64,000 nt of DNA, taken from assembly GCF_006345805.1 (NCBI RefSeq), contig NC_043011.1, positions 13,962,464 to 14,026,463 on the forward strand. The letters are read 5' to 3'. The notes beneath the pieces were generated by a model. That model had not been told where the DNA came from and did no database searches. It saw nothing but the letters and a program-made list of their open reading frames with translations. Shown here in pieces: positions 37,061-51,020 of the stretch. A program made the translations under genes and the position numbers. The DNA comes from Octopus sinensis. Taxonomy: Eukaryota. The first letter of the stretch is position 1, and each line of letters opens with the position of its first letter.

Positions 37061-40000
37061 AGGATGTAAATTTTGAAGGAGATATTGTCTGTTAAGTCAA
37101 TACCACTACTTGACTGGTACTTTATTTTATTCACCCCAGAGGAATGAACGGTACAGCTGACCTGGATTTGAACTTGGAACAAAGTGCACAGCATACCAAA
37201 GGCATTTTGTCTGACACACTACAATTCTACCAATCCACTGCCCTTGTTTCTAAAAATTCTTTTTTAATAATTAATTATAATATTCATTATTGATGTAGTG
37301 CACCTGAGCACTGTGCACAATAATCTCATTATATACATTTAATTAATAATGATAATGCAGCTGATAGCATTGCTGTAATGCTGTTAGTAATAATTAATAA
37401 TAATAATAGTAACAATGACAAACAACGACTGCTGCTGCTGCTGATGATGGTAACCTTTTGAAAGGGATTCTATCTCCAATCCAGAGTCTCCAGAGACAGC
37501 AAGATATTATTTCAGCTGAGTTTCAAACATCAGAGACTCCCCAGTTTTGATGTTATTTCTGTTTTGACATTTAAGACAAGGCTAAGGGTGGGATGTATTT
37601 TGAAGCAGATGCGTGTGTGTGTGTAAGGGAGTGGGTACATACACTAGAAATCTGAAACAGCTTTAGTATATGTCACAGTATGATTCCATACATTTTTATG
37701 GAAATAGGCAACAGTTATTAACGCTTGGTAACCTAGCAATGGACTTTACAAAATGTGCTGTAAGACCTATACTAGGTTGTTGCTGTTCAGCCTAAGTCAG
37801 CTCTGATCAAGCAGGCCTGTGATTAAAGATCTCCAGCCGAGACCATCTACCTTTTTCCTACGTACAAATGAACCAGGACTGTAGGGTGTGCTATGAGGGA
37901 ATATGTTTGCTACTTCAAGTAGATTAAGCAACAACATAGAGGTTACCTATTTCAACAGGTCTTTCTATTAGGTGTATTTATAATGTTCGTAGATAGAGCA
38001 ATATTTATGCCAAGTCAGGTGCTTAAGTAACAGCTCGAGTTGTTTACACTAAGCAGACAGCATCAATATTGGATATAGCTGTACAAATAAGATATTCTTT
38101 TACTGGTTTCAGTCACTGGACTATGGCCACGCTTGGGCTTTATCTTCAAGTGCACGGTTGATTATATCAATCTCGGTACTCAACTGATACTATTTTTACT
38201 GATCTCAGAATGATAAAACACAAATTTGCACACTGAGCATGCTTAGAACTCAGAATGCAAAAGGGACATGAGTAAATACCACTAAGTATTGTTTAATGCT
38301 CTTCCAATTCTGCCATCCACTAATAATAATTATAATAGTAAAAAAAAAAAAAAAAAAAAAAAGTTAATATGTTTTCTTACACTGTATAAAGGTACACAAT
38401 TATATGATGGAATAAAATAAGCAAGAGTTAGTCCCAGTACTTGAGTGGAACCTAATTTTATCAACTCCGAAGGGATAGAAAAGAAAAGTTGATCTCAGAG
38501 GGAATTGAATGCAGAATGTAAAAAGCCAGAATAAATACTGCAAGGCATTTTTTCCAGTGCTCTAACAATCCTGTTAACTCTAATACTTTGTTCTTTATTA
38601 GCCCCAAGGGCTCATTCACACAAACTTTAAAATATGAGGCTTACAAACTATGTTGGGTTACTATAAGACAACATTATAAATATAAAACAGACAGGATGGG
38701 TAAGGACATTATTACAATAAATGTATTAAAAATTAATAAACTCATATAAAATTATAAAGAAATCACAATAATTAAAACAAGACGTGGTCAATGCCAGGCC
38801 CGCCTGACTGGCTCCTGTACCAGTGGCACGTAAAAAGCACCATCCAAACGTGGCTGATGCCTGTACCCACTGACTGACTCCCATGCTGCTGGTATGTAAA
38901 AAGTACTATCTGAATGTGATCAATGCCAGGACCACATGTCGGTGGCATGTAAAAAGCACTATCCAAACGTGGTTGAAGCCAGTCCCACCTAACTGGCTCC
39001 TGTGCCAGTGGCACGTAAAAAGCACCCACTACACTCTTGGAGCGGTTGGCATTAGGAAGGGCATTCAACTGTAGAAACATTGCCAGATCAGATTGGAGTC
39101 TGGTGCAGCCACTGACTCTCCAGACCTCAGTCAAACCATCCAACCCATGGCAGCATGGAAAATGGACATTAAATGATGATGATGATGAATTTTAAAAAAT
39201 ATATAATAAAAATTCACTCTTCAGTGTGTTATTCTGACCAAACCCAAACAGGTTTGGTCAGAATGACTCATAATATTGGTCACTTGCTGTGTCTTGAAAG
39301 TGAAATATCCAAGTATGCTAGGAAAAGAAATCCCTTACACACTATGAAATTGCATAGAGGTAATTCATGGACTAATCATGTAGTTTTGACTAACAGCCTA
39401 TCACCCAACTGCTCCACAAAATTAAAGCCCATATTTTCCTTACTCAAAAATTTGTTGCTCCCTTCATCCTTCAGTTCATTTAATAGTTCTATCATTTCAT
39501 TATTTTTAAAGAATTGGGAACATAGTTTATCATGTAGGAAGATGAGCTCCTCACACATTTTCCTAGTCTGATTTGGAGGTATATGCTTTTCCTTCGAGTT
39601 ATTTTTATTTTTACTTTTCTTTGTTCTTTTTATTATTTTCAACAGACTGCGACAGGTACTTATGACTTGAGGAGGGGTGGGCAAGGTACACAGCTTTAAC
39701 TGATAACTCTTTCCATTGTTAACATCTGATAACATTTATTACGTTTCTTCACTGCATAATGTGTAGCTAATGTTTGCAAGAGGGACTGGCTTTGAAGAAT
39801 ACCTGATATCATTAAACAACTGCAATTATGTTAATCTTTGTGACTTGATGATAAAATAGGAACATTTACCTAGCAGTATAGTATTCCTATAGAGTATATC
39901 ATCATCATCATCAAATGTTCATTTTCCATGCTGGCATGGGTTGGAGAGTTTAACTGGAGCTGGTAAGGACAGGGGTCACACCAGGCTCCGTTATCTGTTC

Positions 40001-40254
40001 TAGCATGGTTTCTATGGCAAGAAGCCCTTCCTAATGCCAGCCATTCCACAGAGTGTACTGGGTACTTTTTATTTGGAACCAGTACTGGTATCAATTCTGC
40101 TGTGGCATACTGCTAGTTAATTCATATGCTGGAGGCTACCAAACTAATAACCACCATCAGTGATATCCAAATCTCGTAATCTAAAATGAAACCAGAGAAA
40201 TCTGAAGGTTGTGAGTTCGCTCCTCACCCAGGGCACATTGTATGTATGTATGTA

Positions 40255-40592
40255 TGCAGTAAAGCTGGACTCAAGAGTCATCTTCGTAGTCATAAAGCAA
40301 GACAGATGAGTGACGACCTGGCCACTGGTGGTGGTGTAACACACCATACTAATCATATCTGTCAGGCATGTGGAAGAGAGTGTAATTCGGCAGGACTTAA
40401 ACGACATGCAAAGGTACATGAAGCCCAGTTACAACTACAGCCGGCTACTTCTGGTAAAGGTTTTAGCTGCCAATTCTGTACAAGACATTGTAGATCTTTA
40501 GCTGGGCTAAAAAGTCACATTCGATCACAGCACCAATAACAGTTAAGCTTCGTGCAATGGCCATACTCGATAACGAGGGGCAGCCATCATAT
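40255..40592 (+). mobile_element. RTE-type LINE 3' end with C2H2-like zinc fingers
   Basis: CQACGRECNSAGLKRHAKVH and CQFCTRHCRSLAGLKSHIRSQH, then a short UTR ending cagccatcat. The 5' side is microsatellite and unrelated sequence. Confidence 0.65.
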
Positions 40593-43500
40593 GTGCATGC
40601 AAATAAATATATATGCCCATAGGTTTGCTCAATCAGGTCTGACCAGGGGTTAAACATCATATGGTTTCAACTGAAGCAAGGAAGGAATCTCTAACTTGCT
40701 ACAAACAGCTATACTTATGAAATGCAGAACACTTAAGCATTTTTTGGGGGGAAGCTATCTACAATTGGTTAATAAGCCTGTTATATATGATTGTCTCACT
40801 GTGCTGAACATTACACTTCTACCATAGCCTTGAGCCAACCAAAGCTTTGTGAGAGGATTTGGTAGACAGAAACTGAGAGAAGCCCACGGTATGTATGTGG
40901 CCTAGTGGTTAGAGCAGCAGACTCACGGTCGAGGGATCGCGGGTTTGAATCTCAGACCGGGCGATGTGTGTGTTTATGAGCAAAACAGCTAAGCTCCACG
41001 CGGCTCCGGCAGAAGGTAATGGCGAAACTTCTGCCGACTCTTTCACCACAACTTTTTCTCACTCTTTCCTCCTGCATCTTGCAGCTCACCTGCGACGGAC
41101 CGGCGTCCCATCCAGGTGGGGAACCTATATGCCAAGAAACCGGGAAACTGGCCCTTAAGAGCCAGGCATGGCTCGAGAAGGAACAACCATGGTATGTGTG
41201 TGTGTGAGTCTTTGTGTCTGTCTCTTCACCACTGCTTCACAACCAATGTTGGTGTGTTTACATTTCCATAGAATGAGTATTAGACTTTAAAAAATTAAGT
41301 CCTGGAGTTGATTTGTTACCATTCAAGGTGCTGCCTCAGCATGGCCAGAGTCAAATGACTGAAACAAGTAAAAGATATATGTACACATACACACGTGTGT
41401 GTGTCTCCAAACTACTGTATAACTTGAGTTGGTTTGTTTACATCCCTGTAACTTAGCGCTTTGTCAAAAGAGACTGATAGAATAAGTACCAGATTTTAAA
41501 AAAATAAGCACTGTGATAATAATTTGATTGACTATACCCTTCATGGTGGTAAAAGGCAGCAAGCTGGCAGAACTGTTAGCACACCGGGTAAAATGCTCAG
41601 TGGTATTTCGACTGCCGCTACGTTCTGAGTTCAAATTCCGCCGAGGTTGACTTTGCCTTTCATCCTTTCGGGGTCAATAAATAAAGTACGCACTGGGGTT
41701 GATGTAATCGACTTAATCCCTTTATCTGTCCCCTCTGTGTTTAGCCTCTTGTGGGCAATAAAGAAATATATACCCTTCAAGGTGGTGCTCCAGCATGGCC
41801 ACAAACCAACGACTAAAACAAATAGAAAGATAGAAAGTACAATTGTTCATAGTAGTCTCATTGTTGATAAAAGAACTCCCACCCCCACCCCACCACTTTA
41901 AAGCATGCCTTGCTTGTATAATTTTCATTTTCAGGCTTGTATAATAGTCTTCATTCTCTGTTGAGAGGGTGTGGTTGCTTTCTGTAATTGCCATTTTGTG
42001 AATGCAAGTGTAGAAATGTAGAAGGAAAAAAACCCCGAAAAATCTAAAATAATATAAATAAAATGAGGTTGTTTAACAAACTTCTCTTCCGTACCCCATA
42101 TGGACAGACTTCTTGTATGAAAACAAACCCTAAAAGTTATTTTTGCATGGAGTTGAAGCTTAAAATCCAGAACCTTGAAGCTGATTCCAAAACACATCTG
42201 AACAGGTTAACACCAAATAATTGTTTCTAACATAGGAATAGGGTTAGAAGTTTAGGGAGGGAGGAGTAGATCAGTTCTTGACTAGTACTTGGTTTTATTG
42301 GTCCTGGGTGGGTGGGTGGAAGGCAAAGCTGAAATCAGTGGGATTTAAACTCAAAATGTAAAGAACTGGGATAAATTTGTATGAACAGACATGGCTGTGT
42401 GGTAAGAAGCTTGCTTCCCAACCACATGGTTCTGGGTTCAGTCCCATTGTGTGGCACCTTTGGCAAGTATCTTCTACTATAGCCTTGGCTGAGTGGTTTT
42501 GGTAGACAGAAACTGAAAGAAGCCTATTGCATATGTGTGTGTGTGTACCCATTAGGTAAAATGTGTAAATGCATATATAAATATACATATGTGTATGTAT
42601 GTGTGAGTGTGCATACATATTAATGTGGTCGTGCATGTACATGTATGCGTACATATGTGTGTATGTATATATCTGTGAGTATATGTCTGTGTATATGTAT
42701 GGATGTACGCGTACATGTGTGTGTGTACTTGCATATAACTTATTTATACCTTATAAACGAACATTCTATTCTTTTACTAACTATAAACTTACCTTATTTA
42801 TATTTAAATTACCTCTATCATCTCTAATTTATTCATTTAGTGTTCTAAATTTATTTACCTACTCCATCTTATCACTAATCAACTTGCAAACCCTTTGCCT
42901 GAACATATAACAATACAAATCATAAACAGTATCATTCAGTCTGCTATAATAAATCCATAAACACATATAAAACCTCCAAGGGAATATCTTTTCCCCTCTG
43001 ATGATATTATGTTCAGGTCATGTAAATTTAATATTTACTGAGTATTAATTGAAACAGCTGTAAGGAATGATGATTAATTTGCTGTTAATAATAAACAATT
43101 ATTATCTTCCCAGTCTCCATATATTTGTATATATGTATGTAAATATGTGAAGTATTATTACTGTTAAAAACAGTAATAATGAGGTGGCTAGCAAGACTTC
43201 TACCTGAACAGATATAAAATTTTTAAAGAAAAAAAGGGTAAAGATACCGCTTGCTAAACAAATTAAAACCACCAATTCTACGATAAATACACACACACGA
43301 GCAATGTAATAAATATTTTTAACAATATGCCTACCTTCAGGATGGTATTTCAAGGTGTGTATTTATCATAGAATTGGTGGTTTAATTTTTAGCAAGCGGT
43401 ATCTTTACCCTTCTTTTCTTTAAATATATATGTATGTATGTATGTCTATATTTGTCCCCACCCCCATCACTCCTTGACAACCAGTGTTGGTGTGTTTGTG

Positions 43501-44714
43501 TATCCATAACATAGCAGTTCGGTAAAAGAGACTGATAGAATCAGTACTAGGCTTAAAAAATAAGTCCTGAAGTTGATTTGTTTGACTAAAAACCTGTCAT
43601 GGTGGTGCTCCAGCATGGCTGCAGTCAAATGACTGACATAAGTAAAAGAATAAAAGAATATACTGCAAAGCTTTAATAATTTTTCCAATCCACCACCCTA
43701 ATCCTAATAATAATAAGCATGATTTCAAATTTTGGAAGAAGACCTGCAATTTTTTTTTGGGGGGGGGTGTAAAATCTTTAAAATCAACCCCAGTGTTCAA
43801 CTGGTACTTATTTTATCGACCCTAAAGGGATGAAAGGCAAAGTCAACCTCCGTGGAATTTTAATTCTGAACATAAGGATGGACGAAATGCCACTAAGCTA
43901 ACGATTCAGCCAAATTGCTGCCTTAATAACAATAATAACATGAATAACAATAACAAAAACAACAACCATATGTGAAAGTATGAGAGAAAGGTTTGCACCA
44001 ACATCAAAATGAATCTACTCTTCTCCACAAACAATGAGAGGCAATACAAATAAAAACTATCATTCAACCCAAAGTCAATAGTAAAATGTGTCCTTTGATA
44101 TATAAAACCTGGAAAACAGTGGGCAACATCAATAGAAACAAATAAATAGGTACCCAACAAAACTGAAAATCTGAATAAAAGAGTTGCAAATAAAACAAAA
44201 CACATAAACGGACAAAAGAGGTATGTCTTTATTTACATGCACATCTTACAGGAACACTACTAAAAAAACTGCAACTATTTACACGATTTGAAAGAAAAAT
44301 AACCCAGGTCAAAACCTAATGTCATGCCCAAAAGACTGGCCAACTTAAGATCATCATCATCATCGTTTAGCGCCCGCTTTCCATGCTAGCATGGGTTGGA
44401 CGGTTCAACTGGGGTCTGGGAAGCCAGAAGGCTGCACCAGGCCCAATCTGATCTGGCAATGTTTCTACGGCTGGATGCCCTTCCTAACGCCAACCACTCC
44501 GTGAGTGTAGTGGGTGCTTTTTACGTGCCACCAACACAGGTGCCAGATGAGGCTGGCAAACGGCCACGATCGGATGGTGCTTTTTACGTGCCACCGGCAT
44601 GGAGGCCAGGCGAGGCTTGCAACGGCCAAGATATATTCTCAAAGCCAAAAATATACCAGAAATTAAAATAGGACACTTAAAAAATACAAAATTACAAAAA
44701 GAAAATGATAAAAC

Positions 44715-45032
44715 ATAACAAAGCCAAACCTAAAATACCAATAGAATACTGGTCGACAAAAACTGAACCAGAACATCAACAACATCAACTATTTCCGTTA
44801 GAATAGGAATATTCCCCAGGAGACAGGTGACTACTCTCAACTCATTTTAAGCCTAGAACTTACTCCTTAGCCACCATGTTAAACTAGATTAGATACAAAT
44901 GTTATGAGACGACAACCATCTTTTCTATATGGTTAACTCCAAGTTGTATGGTACAAATGATAAACTAAAAGTACTTCTGACAACAGTACACAGATTTATT
45001 AGAGAAAATATGAGATTCAGATGAGAAAACTG
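44715..45032 (+). mobile_element. Decayed RT core of an R4/Dong-like non-LTR element; weaker remnants at about 43960-44345 and 46480-46680
   Basis: Frameshifted IRIGIF(Q)GD, NHLFYM(DD)xKLYGTND and LLTTVHRF-like motifs read by eye. Confidence 0.55.
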
Positions 45033-45437
45033 GGATCTTTTCGGTCTGAACGGCAGCTTTTTCTAGTGGTGTCATATGAAATTGTCACCCATAATTATGA
45101 CCCTAGTATCGATCTATTGCATTTCAATCTGAGTTAGGGTTAGGGGAAGGGTATCTTTTTTCTTCAGAAATGTAAATAAACCCAATCTGTTTCTTAAACA
45201 AGGGACATATTCATACGGCACAGAATGTTTTTTTACCTCAATACACGTCATTGATTGGTTGAAATTGCAGAAATTGAAGAAAAAAAACAACAAATATCTT
45301 ACAAACTATAGAATTTTCTCAATAAAACCAAGTGAAAAAGATGTTTTATAAACAAATTCTACCAGTATACGAAGTTTAAAATGTTTTAGTTACCTAGAAA
45401 TTATTTTAAAAAACTGCCGTTCAAACCGAAAAGATCC
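45033..45437 (+). mobile_element. MITE family M, copy 4
   Basis: TIRs; perfect TSD gaaaactg. Confidence 0.92.
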
Positions 45438-45822
45438 GAAAACTGAAGAAGGGAAAATATTTGTTCCCACTTAAACATGAATGTTCTGTTAGAACAAACT
45501 ATACTGTGGTAGATATCATGAGAGAAACTCTCACATATGGTGAAAAATGTACTCTTGTTTATATCGCTAGGTGGGGAGACAAATCCCTGCTATCTCCAGG
45601 GCTGAGACCACCAGATCACGTGATTTCGACCTTCCTTGGTCTTGTCAGTGATGGAGGCTAAGCCACTAGAGATAACAGTGATATATATAGAAAAACAGTA
45701 TCAGAACAGATGCTGGTGTCAGTGAGCTTGTTAAAAAATACTTATTAGTGACAGAGGCAATATTAATACGGAGAGATAATATTTATCCCCAGTTAAAAAT
45801 GGGGATATATATATATATACTG

Positions 45823-45929
45823 CTGTTGTGTCTGGGGAGAGTCATTTTCTTTTTGTGCCTTATAATGAACTGGTGAGTGTGTTACATTATAAAGCACAAA
45901 AAGAAAATGACTATCCCCAGACACAACAG
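45823..45929. repeat. 107-nt inverted repeat with 45-bp arms and 2 mismatches
   Basis: ctgttgtgtctggggagagtcattttctttttgtgccttataatg pairs with cattataaagcacaaaaagaaaatgactatccccagacacaacag. Confidence 0.92.
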
Positions 45930-45986
45930 AATATGCTTCAACACACAAACTCATATAAAGAATCTTGCAAACCAAATCCAAAAATG

Positions 45987-46025
<39 letters not shown>

Positions 46026-47046
46026 GACTAATGGGTATATATGTTGGCACAGTTTGGACTACCTGGTGTTATCCACAGTCAGGGTATGTTTCCTACTTAA
46101 GGAATTCTGCAGAGTTAGTTGAGATACTAATAATAATAGTTTCTTAAGTAACAAGAAGATGGATTTGGTATTAATCTTTATTTAGTACAACAGTCATTTC
46201 GACCTGTCCTGATACTGTCCCTTATGGGCGGGACACCCTCCGTTCAACATGTTGCGTTGCCTTGCTAAAGGCCCTGAGTTTTGGCAGTCATGTTGTTCTA
46301 TGCCCATCTGGTTAGGGAATGAAGCATTGCTACAATATTCTGTTACTATTTTCTTTTACAATAAGAGTTGCAAACACTTGTAAAAATTTAGAAAAATAAT
46401 CATTGATAAAAAAAAATAAAAGGAAAAAGATCATATGCAAATATTATCACAATCATCTTTTTTGACTATTCTCTGTGCAACTAACTACATGACCCCCCAA
46501 ATGAAGTACCCAGAAACCTCTGAACAAACATGCTAAAAGTAAAAAAGATAAAATCTCATTTTCCTTGTTACCTTCAACACCATAGGACACCAAATACAAC
46601 CAAACATCATTGTCAATAATGTAAACATTATGATTAAAAACAAAAGCATTAAAAAATGCTTACACCTCTGCAATAGTCACACCACACACACAAATGTAGT
46701 AAAGGAAGTGAAAAGACCAACAGATATATTCACTATACCCACAGACATCACAAAGAAACAGCAGTACTCAAGTACAAACAATTTATAACACCATTGGGGT
46801 GGAGAGCTGGCAGGATTGTTAGCATGTTGGGCAAAATGCTCCATGGCATTTTGTCTGTCTTTATGTTCTGAGTTCAAATTCTGCTGATGTCAAACTTTGC
46901 CTTTCATCCATTTGGGGTTGATAAAATAAGTACCGGTTGATGTAATTGACATTCTCAAAGATACTGGCAGTATGCCCAAATTTTAAACCAATATATAAAG
47001 CCATTTGCCATGTTGCCATATTTCTCCACAACAAACTACAAAGAAA

Positions 47047-47416
47047 ATAGGTGCAGGAGTGGCTGTGTGGTTAGTAGCTTGTTTACCAACCACATGGTTC
47101 TGGGTTCAGTCCCACTGCGTGGCACCTTGGGCAAGTGTCTTCTACTATAGCCTCGGGCCAACCAAAGCCTTGTGAGTGGATTTGGATATGTGTGTGTGTG
47201 AGTTTGTATGTCTGTGTTTGTCCCCTCAACATCGCTTGACAGCCGATGCTGGTGTGTTTACATCCCCGTAACTTAGCGCTTCAGCAAAAGAGACCGATAG
47301 AATAAGTACTAGGTTTACAAAGAATAAGTCCTGGGGTCGAGTTGCTCGATTAAAGGCGGTGCTCCAGCATGGCTGCAGTCAAATGACTGGAACAAGTAAA
47401 AGAGTAAAAGAGAGAG
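47047..47416 (+). mobile_element. SINE family A copy
   Basis: Full-length match. Confidence 0.9.
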
Positions 47417-49162
47417 TAATACAAAACAATGTTTGGCATCACAAGCTGCACATAGACCATTCATACAAAGACTGAAAATGAGAGACCACCTGGGCATATG
47501 AAGAGCACAGATTGTTATTGCAAGCAACAATTCTAACATCATATGTTCAATCACACCCAACACTTAAACACAACACAACAAACACAGATCAGTTACATGT
47601 TTTTTCTTATCTTCGATGACAAGAAAACCTCGAGAAATTTCTAGTTCCCCATCAACTCTCTAAGACTTTGTGATGATAGATTCAGAATAATTTTTCATTC
47701 TAAATAATCAGGATTCTTCACTTCTCTCATCCATCAACTTAACTATTGTTTTTTATGCAGATGGCACTTCTGAGTTATTTATTCTCCAAACAATTCTGCT
47801 TTCCTACCCCAACTACTCTACACTGTTTTACATTTACTTAGTGATTCTGTCATCACTACTTTGGCAAGTAAGATGAGGCCTATAATTCAGTGAGGCAGTT
47901 AGAATAATATTTACCAAGAAAATGAAAATAACATTCATCAACTAATATTATTTCTACCTCACCACATAATTATTTCTAATTAGATATTTTTTTATACTCA
48001 TTGCATTAAATATGTTAACACTAATTACTATTTAAGGGTGAATCAAGTGTGAACAAAATGTGGAGAGCACAATAACTTGAAATAGCCAAGATTATATCTG
48101 AATGTAGGAGATGTAAATATTGTTGGACATTGTTTATATAAGTCAAAGATAAATGAAAATCAAATTCATCATCTTATAAAGCAAAGGACCACTGATGCGG
48201 TCACAGGAGTGTGATGAAAGAACTCTGGCCGAAATAAGATTAAGATTAATGTAAAAAATAAATAACGCTGAAGCAAAGTAACACCAAATATATAGTGCAT
48301 GTGTTTTTATTGGCTACACTGGCAAAATGACCATTCCTAAATACAAAAATTCATCATCATCGTTTAACATCCGTTTTTTATGCTGGCATGGTTTGGACAG
48401 TTGGACAGGAGCTGGCCAACAAGAGAGATGTCCAGGCTCCAGCTGTCTGTTTGGGCATGGTTTCTACAACTGGATGCCTCTCCTAATACCAACCACCTTA
48501 TAGAAGGTGTTGGGTGCTTTTCATGTGCTACAGGTATGGGTGCAATCATGTGGTACAGGCATGAGTGCATTTTATGTGACATCAGCGCCTGCAAGACAAA
48601 ACGAAGACGAGGCTGGGGGTCGGAGGTGAGGCGCGAGAAAGTGGAAACGAAAAGAAAGAAGAAAAAAAATACCCGCCCAGGCGCGGGTGGCAAGGGAACG
48701 TTTGATTGCAAGAGGACGAACGAACGAGTGCATGAAGGTGGGCGAACGCGGGCGGAGATTCGGGGATGCGCCAGCAGTGTAGAGTCGATGTTGCACCGGT
48801 ATGCGGGGGGGGGGCTACCCGTTGGCAGAAAGGAGCGACGAGAACATCCCTTCCAGACGGTCACCTATTCCGATCAGTAACAAAGATAAAGATCTATCAG
48901 CTGGGAGAGGGTGTGGGGACAAGGCCATAAATGACATGCATGTAGGTATGAATGGCCATGATTTTACTTAGATTGACATGTCTTCTAAGTACACCAAATC
49001 ACCACAAGTCTCGACACCTTGTCATCCCTTGTCAATAATAAATTATTAAAAGGAAACTTTGAAATCGGTTGATACATTGAAGTCCAAATTAATTAGAATT
49101 GGATATACACAAGGAAGTGAGTAGAAGAGTAGTCTGATCTTTGGAAGACATGACGAAGCTCT

Positions 49163-49557
49163 TTACTCTTTTACTTGTTTCAGTCATTTGACTGTGGCCA
49201 TGCTGGAGCACCGCCTTTAATCGAGCAACTCGACCCCGGGACTTATTCTTTGTAAGCCTAGTACTTATTCTATCGGTCTCTTTTGCCAAACCACTAAGTT
49301 ACAGGGACATAAACTCACCAGCATCGGTTGTCAAGCGATGGTGGGGTGACAAACACAGACACACACACACACATATATATATACATATATACGATGGGCT
49401 TCTTTCAGTTTCCGTCTACCAAATCCACTCACAAGGCTTTGGTTGGCCCGGGGCTATAGTAGAAGACACTTGCCCAAGGTGCCACGCAGTGGGACTTAAC
49501 CCGGAACCATGTGGTTGGTAAGCAAGCTTCTTACCACACAGCCACTCCTTCGCCTAT
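49163..49557 (-). mobile_element. SINE family A copy
   Basis: Full-length match. Confidence 0.9.
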
Positions 49558-50627
49558 AACCAAGTTTTGCTTACAAAGCTACCTGTTTGTTTATTATGCA
49601 CAGTTGTTTTAGTAGTACTGAAAACTTTAGAAATTTTTTACTTTCTTGCAAATCTTCTAAAGCAATAACACCAGTGAATAATATCCTCACCTGACCAACA
49701 CTCAACTACTGTTCACCTCTTTCACTCCTCCAGACTCATCCTTTATGCAGCCATCATTGTCTATTTCCCTAGCAGATTGGTGCCTAATTTAGGAGGCAAA
49801 CCTCACCCACAAAACTGTGATAATTCATGTAAGTTAGTGACAGCCCATTTGCTCCACACTGACCATCGTGGGTCTCCCTTCCTCATCCATAGACTGCTAA
49901 GTAAGTGTCTGACATCATTCTCCTAGATGTATGTAGATTTCTCCACATTCCTCACACAATCAAAGCCCATAACCTTGCTGATTATGAAAGCATGGTTCAC
50001 TTTTAGCTGTAAGAAAAGGGTAACCCTAATAACCCCTAGAAGTCACTAATCTACACCAACAAGGTGTTTATACACCCCTGTTCATAATTGATACAGGACG
50101 CAGTTACTGACATACTGCAATTGTTATTTCATAGTCATGTTTATTTTCACAGTTTCCTCTGTTATTACAATGGAACCTGCTACTTTGAACTATCATCATC
50201 ATCATTTGATGTCCTTTTTCCATGCTGGCATGGGTTGGACAGCTTGACAAGAACTGGCAGGGCCAGGGGCAGTACCAACTTCCATTGTCTGTTTTGGCTC
50301 AGTTTCTGCTGCTGGATGCCCTTCTTAATGCCAACCACTTAACAGTGTATTAGGTGCTTTTCACGTGGCACCATCGCCAGTGCTTTTTACATAGCACTAT
50401 CACTGTTGCATATCAAATTTGCTCAGTACAACCATCTATCATCTTCACTGTGTCTATCCTTGCTCAATACTGAACTAAACCTGTTGCCCCACCCCCACCA
50501 GATGTTAGAAGATTGATTGAGTTAGTAGTAGTTAATATTGATTTGTGAAGCGTTAAAGAAACAACTTTTCCCCTGGATGAGGAGACAATCTCTTACTGGC
50601 TAGCCCCTAAGTTAGCAAATATATTCA

Positions 50628-51020
50628 TAGGCGCTGTGTGGTAAGTAGCTTGCTTACAAACCACATGGTTCCGGGTTCAGTCCCACTGTGTGGCACCTTG
50701 GGCAAGTGTCTTCTACTATAGCCTCAGGCCGACCAAAGCCTTGTGAGTGGATTTGGTAGACGGAAACTGAAAGAAGCCCGTCATATATATGTATATGTGT
50801 ATGTGTGTGTGTGTGTGTGTGTCTGTCCCCCTAGCATTGCTTGACAACCGATGCTGGTGTGTTTATGTCTCCGTCACTTAGCGGTTCAGCAAAAGAGACC
50901 GATAGAATAAGTACTGGGCTTACAAAAGAATAAGTCCCAGGGTCGAGTTGTTCAATTAAAGGCGGTGCTCCAGCATGGCCGCAGTCAAATGACTGAAACA
51001 AGTAAAAGAGCAAAGAGAGT
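50628..51020 (+). mobile_element. SINE family A copy
   Basis: Full-length match. Confidence 0.9.

Noticed and set aside
48364-48880. Two overlapping 166-aa ORFs
   Set aside because: They run across an RTE UTR and a GC-rich insert; the length is explained by low stop-codon frequency.
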